Source: Oscillospiraceae bacterium
Lineage (GTDB): Bacteria; Bacillota; Clostridia; Oscillospirales; Ruminococcaceae
Length of the DNA: 64,000 nucleotides
Direction: 5' to 3'
Assembly: GCA_031284525.1 (NCBI GenBank)
Contig: JAISZR010000001.1
Span: forward strand, 51,623-115,622
Part shown: one piece after another, positions 62,855 to 64,000 of the stretch
Numbering within the stretch: the stretch's first letter is position 1
How the letters are laid out: each line of letters opens with the position of its first letter
Notes under the pieces: model-generated
What the model saw: only the letters and a program-made list of their open reading frames with translations
What the model was told of the DNA's origin: nothing
Databases searched by the model: none
Program-made: the position numbers and the translations under genes

Positions 62855-63607
62855 TTAAGACTTTGGGGTTTGTGCGGGCTGCTGTTCCAGATTCCAAAAC
62901 TGCTTAAAATGGACCAGTGTTTTAATCTCGCACTCTAATCTGTCAATCAGATATTTTTCGGTTAGGTTTCCGAGTTTATTTAAATTCTCTTCAGAAAGCT
63001 CAAAAGAAAACATCTTTTTGCCAGAAGAACGGATAATAAAACTCATTGCCGCCAAAATGTCACCAGAAATTAAAAAGCACTCGTCATCTCTCGAATTAAC
63101 CAAGCAACCGTGCTGCGAAGAAAAAAACTTCCCGTCACCACTAATATCCGGTAAAAACCCCAGCAAACATGCAATTTTGAGTTCAAATGCCGCTTTAACT
63201 AACAGAAAATTCTTTTTTTTTAATGCCAACAAATGAAATGAGCAAATAATTAACTCCGAGAACGCTTCAAAATTATCAGGGGATGTTGCTTCGCAAAAAA
63301 CCTTACAAACAACCTCGCAAAAATAAGAGGCTAGGACAAAAGAGACAATGTCGCTCCTCAACCCCCAAAAAGCTTCTTTTATTTCTGCTAAATTGACCCT
63401 GAATGCTTCCTTACCCCTGAACAAAACAAAATCGGAACAACAAAACAGTTCGGTTGCAACAAATCCGCCGCCATTGGTTCTCTCTTTGTCAAAAACACGA
63501 ATCAATCCACGGTCATTTGTTAAAATCCAAAGTAAGCGACTATCGTTTCCGAATTTTTTGACTTTTACAATTACTCCAGATGTCTTAACTAGCACTCGAT
63601 TCCCCAA
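62855..63607 (-). CDS. recO: DNA repair protein RecO
   Basis: N-terminal OB-fold pattern (TSGVIVKVKKFGNDSRLLWILTNDRGLIRVF), 250 aa. Divergent, and the Zn-finger cysteines are not obvious. Confidence 0.65.
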   Translation of the reverse strand: MGNRVLVKTSGVIVKVKKFGNDSRLLWILTNDRGLIRVFDKERTNGGGFVATELFCCSDFVLFRGKEAFRVNLAEIKEAFWGLRSDIVSFVLASYFCEVVCKVFCEATSPDNFEAFSELIICSFHLLALKKKNFLLVKAAFELKIACLLGFLPDISGDGKFFSSQHGCLVNSRDDECFLISGDILAAMSFIIRSSGKKMFSFELSEENLNKLGNLTEKYLIDRLECEIKTLVHFKQFWNLEQQPAQTPKS

Positions 63608-63889
63608 TCTTCAAGCGATTTAAAAAATTCCAAAACGCCACTGACGACTCTGACTTTTTCTTGCCAATTTAAGTACTACCAACCCAAGTACCTGCTACTG
63701 TTTTGGGCTCGCGATTTAATTATACTCTAGGTTCCTACTGATTGCAAGAGTGTATTGCCGACGCATGAACAAACCTTTTGACACGTTTGTAATTTTGCTG
63801 TTTATGTGGTGGCGATGATGTTTGTGGTTCCAAATTCATTACATTTATCGTGAATTTACTATTATCTGTGGTTATGCCTTTAAAAAGAC

Positions 63890-63918
63890 TTGCTTTTTGG
63901 AAAAAGTTGTTGTAGAAT
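63890..63918 (+). promoter_or_regulatory. Candidate outward-facing promoter (TTGCTT-17 nt-TAGAAT) at the window edge
   Basis: TTGCTT at 63890-63895 and TAGAAT at 63913-63918. No ORF begins in the remaining 80 nt, so it may drive a leader or RNA extending beyond the window. Confidence 0.3.
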
Positions 63919-64000
63919 GAAGGGGTGTGCCCCAAAAAGGGAGAGGTCTGCGGTAACGCTTTGGATTGAGTTGGAACTGGGAATGCTGTTGTGAGGGAGC

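Noticed and set aside
1-64000. Scanned for CRISPR arrays, IS/transposase genes, integrases, prophage structural genes and long tandem repeats
   Set aside because: None recognised. The only mobile-element hallmark is the MobV relaxase at 58557-59564.

Overview
Hand annotation only: no database or HMM search was run, and hand-placed coordinates may be off by 1-2 nt. The window looks like a chromosomal segment of a low-GC, spore-forming Bacillota (Clostridia-like) bacterium. Lineage markers are SpoVS, YtfJ and a Firmicute-type EF-Tu.

Layout:
- 0.4-21.7 kb (+): one co-directional flagellar cluster, flgB-flgC-fliE-fliF-fliG-fliH-fliI-fliJ-fliK-flgD-flgE-fliM-fliY-fliOPQR-flhB-flhA-fliA-flgF/G. 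Its axial proteins are unusually divergent. It lacks the flbD-motAB-fliL, cheY and flhF-flhG modules usually embedded in Firmicute flagellar operons.
- 21.8-28.6 kb (+): housekeeping genes mtaB, rimM, trmD, ytfJ, a pseudouridine synthase, trkA and mutL.
- 28.6-35.0 kb (-): ftsH, hpt, folB, folE and ftsK.
- 35.3-39.8 kb (+): str operon, rpsL-rpsG-fusA-tuf.
- 40-45.5 kb: yqeY-like gene, spoVS, uvrA, and an orphan histidine-kinase-like protein with no phospho-acceptor His.
- 45.7-50.4 kb (-): the most unusual region. It holds a secreted Cys-cluster/Ser-Pro-rich protein, then a tight three-gene operon: a tandem AAA+ ATPase, a 62-72 aa helical protein, and a 124-aa Gly/Lys-rich protein. I cannot assign the operon to any described system and rank it the best candidate for something new.
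- 50.6-56.2 kb (-): pseG, tilS, dnaB, rplI, an Sfp-type PPTase and hpf.
- 56.5-59.6 kb (+): CIRCE-controlled hsp20, a mini LPXTG protein, tRNA-Met, tRNA-Glu, an orphan ACP and a MobV-type relaxase (possible remnant of a mobilizable element).
- 59.7-63.6 kb (-): recO, an M42 peptidase, a HlyD-like protein and a CAP-domain protein.

I saw no CRISPR array, transposase, integrase or phage structural gene.
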